Of a stretch of DNA of 64,000 nt, positions 40,501 to 51,154 are shown piece by piece. Numbering within the stretch: position 1 is the first letter of the stretch; each line of letters starts with the position of its first letter. Origin of the DNA: Hormiphora californensis (taxonomy: Eukaryota > Animalia > Ctenophora); NCBI GenBank assembly GCA_020137815.1, contig CM035360.1:7874001-7938000 (forward strand), read 5' to 3'. The translations under genes were made by a program, and so were the position numbers. Below the pieces are notes generated by a model. It saw only the letters and a program-made list of their open reading frames with translations, had not been told where the DNA came from and made no database searches.

Positions 40501-43500
40501 AGTTCCTGTAATATCTTATGTTTGTATTGTATTAAACTAAACACACTCAGTACGTGAAAGGCACACCCCACCCAAAGCGAAGCCACTTGAATACCGTATC
40601 GTGATATGAATCGTGTAATTGAATCGTACATCGGGACAGCTCTAATTGGCAGTACCATACACCCAGATATCAAGGATTTTCACAAGTTGGTATGGCTGCA
40701 TCGAGTTGGTATGGAAGCGTTATAGAGACTTTAATACCCTCCATACCAACTCTCTAAATATAATCTATGAGTTGGTATGGAGGTCACTGAACCTCACAAA
40801 ACGCTTCCATACCAACACCCTCCATACCTATGTGGTATGGGGGATGTTGGTATGGAGGTTGTTGGTATGTAAGTAGGGATTCCTTGATATGTGCTCGAAT
40901 ATTGGTATTTGAGGCGGATTTAAGTTGCATTTTAGTGAGGGGAAGAGCTCTTATTGGTGTCTGAGACAAGCAAAAGTGAAACGAAATACAACGTAACGAA
41001 CGAGTAATCCACAGTTTAGTTCAATTCCGGCGGTAGTATGTAGTACTGTCGAGGATATAGGTCAGTATCCTCGGCAGGACTACATATCACCGCCGGCATC
41101 AAACTGTGACTGTTAGATACATCTACCTAAGGAGTAACTTTTGAAACGGAGCTGATTTCTTGCCTTGAAACCAATATCAGCTAAATCCTTGTGACTCAAT
41201 TAGTATGAGGAGAGAGTGCGGAGGAGAGTTTGTGGGGCACCTTGTCTACCGTAGACAATGTGCCCCATAAAATCACCTCTGCACTCTCTCCTCCCGATAA
41301 ACACGCCCGTACTGGAACGTTTTCCAGTCATCACCTCTAGATTTTCACTCCACGGTTTCAAAATGGATATTTTCAGGCTCAATATATTACTATTACTCAA
41401 TGACCTGTTGCCACTCACCGTGACTCGAGGATTCATACTCATAACCGTTATAATAACGGTGAAAAGTGACCGTTACAACTAAAAGATAAGGGAGCAAAAC
41501 TTTTCATACACAAGCGATAATGATAAGCAGACAGACAGAAAGACAGACAGAGAGTCCGACAGAGACAGAGATAGATTGTCCGACAAAGACAGAGACAGAG
41601 AAACAAACATAATGAGAGAGGTTAATAAAAAAGCAGTGGCGGGGAAATGTGCAATGTAAACTTCTAAACTAAGTAAAACTAAAAGGGTTCACCTTTTTAG
41701 CTTGTTAATTTATGTTAGTTTTTGACATAATATCAATTATGGCACTTATATGGTAACATTTTGGTCACATTTGTGTCACAATTCAGTTCCAAATTCGTCA
41801 CAGTTTAGTACCGACGGTGGTAGTTCGACACTGCCATAATATGAATCGTTAACCAATTTTACAGATTCTCCAGAGTTTAATAAAAAAGCGAGGGGCGGAT
41901 CAAAGAAGGAGCTCGGCTGCCCAAATTTACAACGCTGAAAAACTGATTAGTTTGAACAAAGGTGTGTTTGATGTGGTCCTTAAAGAAAGTAGATTCGAGG
42001 ATGCCCGGGATCATCTTATCAAGTGAGTAAAAATGGAAAGGCTCTAAAGCAAGAGTGGGCAATATAAGTGATTTTCTTTAGTACACATGGTGGTTTTTAG
42101 TATACAGCTGTATACTAAAAACCACGAACATGGAGCCACTTGAGATAACTCAATACCGTTGGCTCTCCGATGTACACAGTGTAATTACGTGTAAAAACGT
42201 ATTTTCACGGTCTCTTGACTAGAAAAAGTGTCCCCTGAGGATTGAGATCGACAGAGAGTCACTCTTTCCTAAAAATAATCAATCTGTCAACTGACAGGGT
42301 AACACGGGAAATTTGCGATTTGCGGGCATCGCACTATAGACGCAGTACCCACATACTATAGACGCATTATAGACGCACTATAGACGCATTATAGACGCAG
42401 TATAGACACACGCAATATAGACGGACTTTCGTATTAAGCAGCAGTATAGACGCAGTATAGGCGCATTTTAACAGCAATATAAACGCATTTTTATAGACGC
42501 GACGCAGTATAGCCGCATTATAGGTGCACTACCCACCCCAAAATCACTTTATAGACGCACTATAGACGCATTATAGACTGACTATAGCAGCACCATAAAC
42601 GCTACATAGACGCAAATAGACGCATGATAGAAGTATTATAGACGCAAATCGCTTTTTATAGACGCCGCGTCTATAAAAACGTGCTTTTTAAAGAAGCACT
42701 TATATAGACGTACTCCAGGCTACAGTGCGATATCTGAGGCGCAGTTGGGCGTTTTATAAACACATTTTTGTCGCATATAAAAGGAAGCAGTATAGACGCA
42801 TTATAGACGCATTATAGCCGCATGTGTGCGAAATCGATGAAGACGCAATATAGACGAAAAAAAATAGGAGAGGTAGAGAGGGAGGGAAGGAGAGGGAAAG
42901 AGGGAAAGTAAAGAGAGGCGAGGGACTGAGGGAGGGATACAGGGACAGAAACAGAGACAGACGGATAAAGACCTGAGACAGAAGGACAGAGTAAGATGGA
43001 AAGAGAGTAAGATGGAAAGAGAGTGATACTATTAATATAAAGTGTATAGGGACGGAGTGAGACAGAAAAAGACGGAGATGGAAACAAACGGACAGGGACA
43101 GACGGACGGACAAACACGCGCTTACTATCTCCCTCTCTGTCTCACTCTCTCTCTCTCTCCATCTTAATCTCTCTCCATCTTACTCAATACTCTGTCCGTC
43201 TGTCTCAGATCTGTGTCCATCTGTCTCTGTCTGATCTGTCTCTGTATCCCTCCCTCTTTCCCTCTCCCTCCCTCCCTCCCTCCCTCTTTCCATCTAGTTT
43301 CTCTCCCTCTCCTTCTTATTTTGCGTCTATATTGCGTCTTTATCGATTTCGCACACATGCGGCTATGATGCGTCTATACTGCTTCCTTTTATATGCGACA
43401 AAAATGAGTTTATAGTTCGCCCAACTGCGCCTCAAATATCGCAGCGTGCGTCTGAGTACGTCTATATAGTCGAATTTTTTAATCAAGGGACAGGGGGCCG

Positions 43501-46500
43501 CGCATTTACAAAGTCTTTTTGCGCGTGCTAAATGTTTTCGCTCATATCTCCTCTTCCTGATAAGATAAAGACTTGATCTTTGTTGCGTTGAAAAGGTCTT
43601 AAAATTATCTTTCCAACACTTCCGGGTTCAAGTCTTAAGTTTGCCAGGAACTTGATCTCGATTGTCACACGCAAATACAACGCCGCGCGACCTCTCTGAA
43701 TTCGCGGCCCCCTGTCCCTTGATTAAAAAATTCGACTTTAGTGCTTTTTAAAAAATCACGCAATATAGACGGACAGTACTGCTGCTTACGAAAGTCCGTC
43801 TATATTGCGTGTGTCTATACTGCGTCTATAATGCGTCTATAATGCGTCTATAATGCGTCTATAATGCGTCTATAATGCGTCTATAGTACGTGGGTATAAC
43901 TGCGTCTATAGTGCGATGCCCGCAAATCGCAAATTGCCGGTAACACGTTGGATTTGGATCCGTACAATAGAGAGAGGATTGTATTTTTCCAATTTTTATC
44001 TCCAAGTGGCTCCATGTTTCTGAACCACCCTGTATAATAAAAACTTGAGTCGCCTGACACTGTGTTCGTGCTCCCGCACATTTTTAGAATTAAAAGAAAG
44101 TATGAACATTTCAAGTAAATACAGTCAAACCTCGATTTACTGGACTCCTCTGGCGAACAGTTTTTCACGGTAAATCGAGGTATAAGGTATATGGGGGGGG
44201 GGGGGGGGGGGGCCTGTCGCAAAAATTTCAGCTACCCTGTTTTTGGCCGATGAGATTTTTGAGATTTTCGGGAAAATTTGCTCAATTACGTTTGAGATTT
44301 TTGAGATTTTTGTGGTGAAATTGGCATAATTTTGGATGCCAATACTCAGTCTTTCGTCATAAATACCATTCATTTAGTAACTTAATTAGGTCAATGTTGT
44401 ATTTTAGCTTCTTATTAACTTTTGTATTAGAACACAAGGAAAGTTTCTATTCAGAATTTTGATCTTGTGCAAAATAGAGGGTCTACTGATAAACGAGAGG
44501 CGCAATTTAAAAATTGATACCGTAATATCTCCGGTTCCTGATGAGATACAGAAACCGTTTTGGCATGATAGCGTTGGAAAGGTCTTATTGAGACCAATCC
44601 AACGCAACCAAGATCAAGTAGCTATCTTTTGAGGAACCGGAAACGTGAATTTCAATTTGCGAGACGCAGTGAGTGTGCCCAGTAAAACCAGTGCTGACAA
44701 TATCGGTAGACCCCCTATTTCGATTTTTTTTCTAGCCGACAAAAAATTCTGAAAAATGCTGAAAATTAATAATAAATCAAAATAAGACGATATACGAAAA
44801 GTGTTAGGTATCTTGTCAACCTTTAAAGGCCCACAGAGGCCCCACGGATTGAACAGTTAAAAAGGGACTGTGTCTAATGTCTATGTCAGTATAGCGCCAT
44901 GTAAGAACTCAAGTAGCGCCACGTAAATGGCGCTTATGTGGCGCCAAATATTAGCGCTACACCATATACAGTCGGACCCCGATTTACCGGGTTGCTCGGG
45001 GGAAAGGGTTTTGCCCGGTAAATCGGGGTGCCCGGTATATCGGGGTCAAATACTGTTTTTCCTATTTCGGGGGAAGATTATCCTTTCGGTAAATCGGACT
45101 GTATTCCAGAAATAAAATGATATGGCGCCAAAATAAAATCAGTGCTTGTGAAAATCATTGGCGCTATCCTTTCAAAGTTGGCGCCAGGTCCTGAGATTAG
45201 CGCTTGGTCCTATAGGTACCCTAAATCAATAATTTATAATCATATCCTCATAACTTTAAATATTTTAAGGTATCTGGATAAGTATTATGATGCAAGCAGA
45301 CCATATCAAACGAGTAACAAAAAACCTGACCAGTTGAGACCTCATCTCTTGAATCAAAAACGTGAGTTAAAGTGAGAGTGGATCGAATCAGAATTGGACA
45401 AGTTTGTTGTAGGTAGTAGATGTTAGGTACCTAATCTCTACAACCTTTAGATCTCTGAGCATTTTGCGTTTTGCCGCTCAAAATCGACCCATCCATCACT
45501 GAGATATTTTTGTTACGATGGGAGAATTCCTGTTAGATCAATATTTGTCAAACAGGATAGAAACAATCCTTGTGTTTCACTAATACTTCTAACTATTAGC
45601 AGTGAGGTTGACATGTCCATGCACAGAAGCAGAGCAATGCAAGTCAGTAGAAATGAGTGGCGTGATGAATATGTCGTATCCACACGTGCAAATAGAGAGG
45701 GGGGGTTGCTAAGGAGCTGAGGTCCCTTGGAAGGGGTATGGGAAGTTAGACGTGCGGGTTGGTACAGCGGGTGAGAGGGGTGCTCCTGGGTGAGGGTGAG
45801 CGTGGGGATTCAGGTCAACGGGTGTTCCACTTCAACGGGCTTTCTAGTCTTAATTAAAAGATAGAAATTTGAACGTCGTGAGGGTGATGACCTATCCTAG
45901 CACGTGCAAATAGAGGGGTTCGAGCAGCGATGGGAGGGACTTGCACGTGCAGATAGAATTTTTGGGAAAAGTTCACGATCTGTAGCTTTTTGGAGAGAGC
46001 TCAATCTCCTCTTTCTAAAGAACCCAAGATTTTCAAAATTGGTCAAGAAATGGCCAGGTTATGAGGTAAAAGGTCTCAAACTTATCAGAGTTTTTATTAT
46101 TCTCTCTGGGCTGAACAAATGAACCAGACGGGTATAATTATACATTATAGAGATAAATCACGCTCCCGACCCGGGGTACAGGACTTTCCAATCTTGTGGC
46201 AAATAACCCTCCAGAGCTCCCAAACTTGGGTCGGGGTACAGGGCTTCCCAAGCTGGTGGCAAATAGTAATACCACTTGCTCGTATTATAAACAGAGAAGT
46301 TGATGACAAGGGTCTTATTGAAACTGTAAGATACGAATAATATACAGGAACGTAACCACTTAAGATAATCAAACATATAGCTAGGCCTGGGGGAAAGGGT
46401 AGGGGCTAGCAAGGTGGAGCGGAGTAATCTATTGAGTAGAATCAGAAGTGAGAAACTAGGGGTGGTGGCCTGGGTTAGCTCAAGAGTCTTATCAGTCTGG

Positions 46501-49500
46501 GAACCGCACTAGCTGGGGTTTTAACATACATGTGACCTTTACTTAGAATTATCATCGATTGTATGACACTCGCCCCAGCAAAATTCCAGGCTGTGGGCGG
46601 ATTAGTTTCAACTGGCAAATCTCGTAGCCCAAGTCAATTGAGAATCACTACGCCTACTTTTCATAAATGGAGTAACGACCATACATACCAAACTTACCAA
46701 ACTAGTAAATATAAAACAAATTATTCACATAACCAGCGACCATACTTCATACACTTCAACCCTTAATAACCTACTAAGCGACAGCCTATAATGGAGTGAC
46801 GACCATGACAGGCAACTAAAACACTTACTTACTTACATCTCGGGGATCCGTCTTTTGGGTAGGGACCTGACCTTACATCTCATGAACGGCCGGACGTTTC
46901 ATCCTTCACCTTGTGATGCTCCATGAACCCACATGGAGCACTGGTCCTAGACCAGAGGTTGGCAGCGCAAAATCTAGAAGGTGCCCGAGTCAAGGGAGCC
47001 AGTCCAACTAGTCCTAGCCATTGACCACTTCGATCTTACCCTCCACTAAGAAGCCCCTTAGCGAAGGCTGACATTGAAATCCGAGACTGGCATTAGTGTG
47101 AAAACATATGCCGATGCGGCTCTTAGCAATCAAAACAATCTCGTAAGGGAGATATAGAGGAGTCCCATCTCCTGCACGCCCAGCGCTAGCAGCCAACTGG
47201 GTGATCAGGAATGGGACGGGGGGGGGGGGACATGTTAATTGTTAATAAATCACCTCTTTTTTCCGATTTTATTAATTAACGTTAATTAACAAAATTAACA
47301 AATGTTAAAATATTGGTGTTATCGGTTGATGATACGACTTTAACTGATTTAAATTTATAATTTAATGACTTATCTAACGTTTGTATACCCATGCAAGGCC
47401 TCCTCCGATAACCAAAGTCCGACATACAAGTTTTTTGGCTCCAAATCGAATAAAATTCAAAGAGTACGAATATTTCAATTTAGCGTGTAAAGTGTCACTT
47501 GAATGTAATTTTTTCATTGATAATCCATTATTCAGACGAAAGAAAGTAATGTACAACGTTTCTGTTCGAAAAATATGAAAAAATTCCCAAAATTGCTTTT
47601 TTGGTCAAAAATTGAAAATTTGCTTCGCTACAAATCCTTGTGTTTTTTTAGAAAAAAAATTTTTGGGATATTTTTCGATTGAAGGTAAATTTCCCGTAAA
47701 TTTATAAGTTGGAAAATGTGGATTAGTGTCATTTGACCTCAATTGCGGTTCAGGTTGGCTAGTTTTTGTTCGAATTTACAAAATGGAACAAATCGTTGTT
47801 GGGAACAGTAGTAGACGGCTTGGGGGTATGCAAATCATGCAGAAGGAACATCTTTGTTCGCAGAACAACATGCAGCAAGTGTAATACCAAAAAACACGTG
47901 CTAAAAAGACTTAAGATGGTATAAATGGCATTTGTTAATGTTTGTTAACTTTTATTAATTTTGTTAATAAATCACATGTTTTTTCGATGTTAATATGTAT
48001 TAACAAAGTTAACAAAATTAACATGTCCCCCCCCCCCAATGGGACAATCTCTGGGGGAAAGAAACCTAGTTTCTGGAACCTGAGCTCCGGAAGAGGACTA
48101 CTTGGAAGTGATGCAATATCTTCTGGGATTGGGGAGAGAATTAGGAGTCGGAAGCGGAGGAGCATTCAACAACAACAGCAACCCACCAATACCCAAGAAA
48201 CAAGACCCTATAATGTGTATACCCGTCACTCAAGTACACTGTACAAGGCAGTCAAGTATGTACAAGGCATCCCATGTATCCAATCCCGTCCGTAGGGCGG
48301 GTGTTTCCGATAGTGTTAAAAATTCAAAGAATGTGTTTGTGAAACAGAAGGATTGTCTCTATCCTATTTGACAATTAGTATTAATCTAAAAGGAATTCTC
48401 CCAATCTCTATTATAAGTTGGAGATGAACGTCGAAGTGGTGGTCGTTTGTTAGGCGGTATCTAAGCGACAGTGCTCCTTCATAAAACACTTGTACCCAAA
48501 GCTGTTGGGCTGTTATTCACACTTTTGGAACTTCCAGTGGAAGCTTCTTAATATTTCGAATGAATTTCAACAATTCTACAATTTAGTCCGCATAGTTACC
48601 GCTCCAGTTGCCATGGCAACCGTGTTATTGACGTTGAAAGGGGCGAAAAGAAGCACCCGGCAAAGCCGGGTGGGTTATTGAAAAAGCCCTTACTTGAGGC
48701 GCACCCGATGGGTGCGCTAGTCTTAATTAAAAGATACAAATGAGTGGCGTGATAGTGATGTAGTATCCACACGTGCAAATAGAAGAGGGTTGCCAAGGAG
48801 GTGCCATAGCCCCTACGCAGCAGGTGATTTAAGGCTGCACGTGGGAGTTGGTGCAGTGGGTGAGAGGGGGTGCTCCTGGGTGAGGGAGAGCGTGGGGATT
48901 CGGGTCAACGGGTGCTCTACTTCAACGGGCTTACTAGTCATTATTAAAAAAGGCAGATGCTTGGTGATGGTAGTGATGGCTCAACATTTGCACGTGCAGT
49001 TCAGATGGACTGAGAGGGGCTCAATCGGTGATGGTAGGGATGTGCACGTGTGTATTGATTTCTTGATCAATATAGCTCTTTGGAAAGATCTCCTCAAGTC
49101 GCATTTTTTGAAGTTGTCGCCCCAAAATGACCGGGCATGTGAAATTTATCAATTTTGACGCGCACACCACACGTTAACATGTGATGTGATGCGCAAAAAC
49201 ATTCCGCGCACGAGAAGGGGGGTGACAACTTCAAAAAATCCGACTTTATTTCTAAAGATCCCAGGAAATTTAAAATTGGTTGAGAAATGGCCGAGTTATG
49301 GGGTAAAATGTCTCAAAATGGGCGAAAATTGATTTTTCAATCAGCCGTTGTTACTATTGAGAACGTTGGGCTCTAGAGTAACAAAAATATCTCAGTGATG
49401 GATCGAGATGGGTCGATTTTGAGTGGTAAAAAAGGAAAATGCCCAGAGAACTATTCTCTACTACCTACAACCAATGCAACTTGTCCAATTCTGATTCGGT

Positions 49501-49739
49501 CCACTCTCACTTTAAGCTTTGATATTTTGGGGCTTGGGCCTTGATATCCCGTAATCTTCGAATATCCCTTACTCTTCGATTATGTGTACTTAAAAACTGT
49601 AACTAATTTTACAATTCAATCAGAGTTGAATTTCATCAAAAGCCCCTTTGCGGGTCGGAGGAACACGTCGAAGCGAGACAAAGACCCCCGACACGAAATG
49701 CAATCGAAGAGTCAATCCGAAACGACCATAAAAATTTAG
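19600..49739 (+). CDS. CACNB: Voltage-gated calcium channel beta subunit-like gene (SH3-HOOK-GK, MAGUK-type), spliced core
   Basis: Phase-consistent GT-AG exons at 19600-19630, 19697-19855, 21005-21127, 22710-22855, 26655-26775, 26892-27020, 27620-27716, 35313-35461, 41865-42022, 45270-45361 and 49624-49739 (stop TAG), about 440 codons. Translation gives [86 protein letters not shown] and [34 protein letters not shown]. These match the CaV-beta motifs [57 protein letters not shown] and ENQLEDACEHLAEYLEAY. Confidence 0.93.
19697..19855 (+). CDS. CACNB: CACNB-like exon preceding the SH3 domain ([11 protein letters not shown]...NKITSAE)
   Basis: cttcag acceptor, gtaaaa donor, 159 nt, phase 0-0, open frame joining directly to the SH3 exon. 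Confidence 0.8.
21005..21127 (+). CDS. CACNB: CACNB-like SH3 exon 1 ([41 protein letters not shown])
   Basis: tttcag/gtgagt borders; aligns with CaV-beta AFAVRTNV...DFLHIKE. Confidence 0.93.
22235..22471. mobile_element. TAG...CTA (hAT-like) MITE
   Basis: TAGGGGGTATGTATAAACCCGGA / TCCGGGTTTATACATACCCCCTA. Confidence 0.7.
22710..22855 (+). CDS. CACNB: CACNB-like SH3/HOOK exon ([27 protein letters not shown]...)
   Basis: ctcag/gtaagt borders; DWWIGR and GF(I/V)PxP motifs. Confidence 0.93.
26298..26578 (+). mobile_element. tRNA-derived SINE
   Basis: A-box TGGTGTAGTGG and B-box-like GTTTGAATC head, unrelated body, (TTGACT)n tail, and a 13-bp TSD TATACCGCTTTAT at 26285-26297 and 26579-26591. 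Confidence 0.88.
26655..26775 (+). CDS. CACNB: CACNB-like HOOK exon ([18 protein letters not shown]...EKDMK)
   Basis: ctttag acceptor; phase 2-0 exactly bridges the neighbouring exons; Ser/Thr-rich like other HOOK regions. Confidence 0.8.
26892..27020 (+). CDS. CACNB: CACNB-like BID/GK start exon ([43 protein letters not shown])
   Basis: ctttag/gtgagt borders; hallmark PY-x-x-VP-x-x-RPIIL-x-GPSL motif. Confidence 0.95.
27620..27716 (+). CDS. CACNB: CACNB-like GK exon ([32 protein letters not shown])
   Basis: cacag/gtgagt borders, phase 0-1, fits between the flanking GK exons. Confidence 0.85.
27763..29432. mobile_element. GGCGCC-rich foldback non-autonomous DNA transposon (Merlin-like)
   Basis: Long inverted arms starting GGTAGTATGGTAG; 8-bp TSD TTATATTC at 27755-27762 and 29433-29440. 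Confidence 0.9.
30782..30953. mobile_element. pogo/Tc1-like CAGTCGGACCCCGATTT MITE (other copies 49775-49946, 50095-50266, 55963-56115; fragments near 8920, 17340, 33595, 44969)
   Basis: TA|CAGTCGGACCCCGATTT ... AAATCGGGGTCCGACTG|TA. Confidence 0.88.
31651..31984. mobile_element. TA-flanked near-perfect foldback MITE
   Basis: CCCCCATAAAAAAGTCGCTTGGC ... GCCAAGCGACTTTTTTATGGGGG; arms of about 155 bp; explains the mirrored ORFs at 31669 (+) and 31763 (-). Confidence 0.85.
33675..35172 (-). mobile_element. Third copy of the Helentron/HINE-like TGTGCAGGGG element
   Basis: Near-identical reverse complement of the 13083-16127 units, including the subterminal IR and hairpin. Confidence 0.75.
35313..35461 (+). 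CDS. CACNB: CACNB-like GK exon ([50 protein letters not shown])
   Basis: ttttcag/gtatgt borders; aligns with [41 protein letters not shown]. Confidence 0.92.
35500..36542. mobile_element. Related GGCGCC-rich foldback element (Merlin-like)
   Basis: TIR GGTAGTATGAAAGATTAGGTCGTG; 8-bp TSD TAATATTT at 35492-35499 and 36543-36550. Confidence 0.9.
38850..40875. repeat. Large composite inverted repeat with CCATACCAAC-rich ends (third end copy about 55440-55705)
   Basis: About 38850-39235 is inverted at about 40010-40065 plus 40508-40875; inner inverted pair at about 39400-39540 / 39690-39810. Confidence 0.75.
41865..42022 (+). CDS. CACNB: CACNB-like GK exon ([27 protein letters not shown]...FEDARDHLI)
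   Basis: ttacag/gtgagt borders; aligns with [15 protein letters not shown]..A.EKL...FD..L.ENQLEDACEHL. Confidence 0.93.
42306..43938. mobile_element. TATAGACGCA-repeat foldback element
   Basis: TIR ...AATTTGCGATTTGCGGGCATCGCACTATAGACGC; 8-bp TSD GGTAACAC at 42298-42305 and 43939-43946; nested inside a Tc1-like MITE (about 42090-44033). Confidence 0.85.
45270..45361 (+). CDS. CACNB: CACNB-like GK end exon ([18 protein letters not shown]...)
   Basis: tttaag/gtgagt borders, phase 2-1; [11 protein letters not shown] corresponds to YLEAYWKATHP. Confidence 0.85.
47218..48037. mobile_element. Poly-G/poly-C-ended MITE
   Basis: G(n)ACATGTTAATT ... AATTAACATGTC(n) termini; 8-bp TSD AATGGGAC at 47210-47217 and 48038-48045. 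Confidence 0.85.
48405..48720 (+). mobile_element. Non-autonomous Helitron (other copies about 3155-3430 minus, 24407-25404 plus and interrupted, 25525-25909 minus)
   Basis: A|TC 5' end; 3' hairpin GCGCACCC-GAT-GGGTGCGC running into CTAG|T; no TSD. Confidence 0.8.
49624..49739 (+). CDS. CACNB: CACNB-like terminal exon ([38 protein letters not shown])
   Basis: Phase-1 acceptor (aatcag) just after the Kolobok-like element that fills the intron; open frame to TAG at 49737-49739. Confidence 0.7.
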
Positions 49740-49999
49740 ATTTTATACACACGGTTAATATAATATTATATATACAGTCGGACCCCGATTTACCGGGCCC
49801 CGATTTACCGGAACCCCGATTTACCGGGAGGATAAACTTCCCCCAATATGGGAAAATAACGGTATTTGACCCCGATATACCGGGCACCCCGATTTACCGG
49901 GCAAAACCCTTTCCCCCGAGGATCCCGGTATATCGGGGTCCGACTGTACATATATATACAAATACAAACACTCGTGTTTGTATTTGTATAGTACTCCAG

Positions 50000-50097
<98 letters not shown>

Positions 50098-50266
50098 TCG
50101 GACCCCGATTTAGGGACACCCTCGGGGGAAAAGCTCTTGTCCACTAAATCGGGGTGTCCACTAAATCGGGGTCAAATAAGGTTAATTTCCTATATCAGGG
50201 GAAAAAAATCCTTTCCCTAAATCGGGGTGCTACTAAATCGGGGGGCCCTAAATCGGGGTCCGACTG

Positions 50267-50299
<33 letters not shown>

Positions 50300-50300
50300 G

Positions 50301-50333
<33 letters not shown>

Positions 50334-50677
50334 GTAGTTGGATTTTTTAATCAAGGGACAGAGAGGTCATTTTGACCATATTTCAATTGCGTATCTCCGG
50401 TTCCTAATGAGGTAGAGATTTGAAATTTCTATATAGAGGTTAGTAAGATCATGCAAAGTTCTTCCTAAAGGTCATGTGTTGCCACGCTTGATATTAGGCT
50501 CATCTTCAATAGTTGATAGAAGTTTATATGGATAACTGAGACAATGATTTTATTGCAGGAAATAAATCACACGACGGTTTCGTCGAACATCGACATCATC
50601 AGGCTGCTAAAAATAAGGTCACATTAATTAATGTTTAATATCTAAAATACACGAAATAGGAACTATACAATATATAC

Positions 50678-51154
50678 TAGGGGTTGCTAAGTCGGAATGA
50701 ATCGCTATGCATCATATATCCTGTTATTAATTGGGTAATTATCTACTGATATCCGGAGTTTCAGCCCAAACGGTTGAGCCACTAAGGATCGCAAGCCACT
50801 TTTGTGACCCTTGTTTTTGCTGTTTATTGCAGTGCGCATGGGTTGTTTTCGTGCACATACGGTTGTATAGTATAAAATTGGGTCTTTATAGTCAAATATC
50901 GCTATGCATCATATATCCTGTTATTCATTGGGTAATTATCCACAGATATCCGGAGTTTCAGCCCAAACGGTTGAGCCACTCAGGATCGCAAGCCACTTTT
51001 GTGACCCTTGTTTTTGGTGAAAAATCGGGAAAAAATCGAAAAAAAAAATTTAAAATTTTAAAATTTCAAAACACGGAAATTAGTTCATAGAACATCCCAA
51101 TACATGTGCAAGACTTTAAAATTGAGTATTCAAAAATTTCAACTTAGCAACCCC
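50678..51154. mobile_element. hAT-like MITE in the Penelope 3' UTR, with an internal tandem duplication of about 197 bp
   Basis: TAGGGGTTGCTAAGT ... ACTTAGCAACCCC termini; this sequence is absent from the other pseudo-LTR copy. Confidence 0.7.

Larger units (their letters stand above)
45371..49511. mobile_element. Kolobok-like element (TTAA TSD, AG...CT termini) with nested insertions
   Basis: TTAA|AGTGAGAGTGGATCGAATCAGAATTGGACAAG ... CTTGTCCAATTCTGATTCGGTCCACTCTCACT|TTAA; long imperfect TIRs. Confidence 0.8.

Noticed and set aside
47014-48165. Minus-strand ORF of about 107 aa restored by removing the 47218-48037 MITE
   Set aside because: It has no recognisable motif, lies inside a transposon stack, and is probably the antisense of a decayed retroelement fragment.
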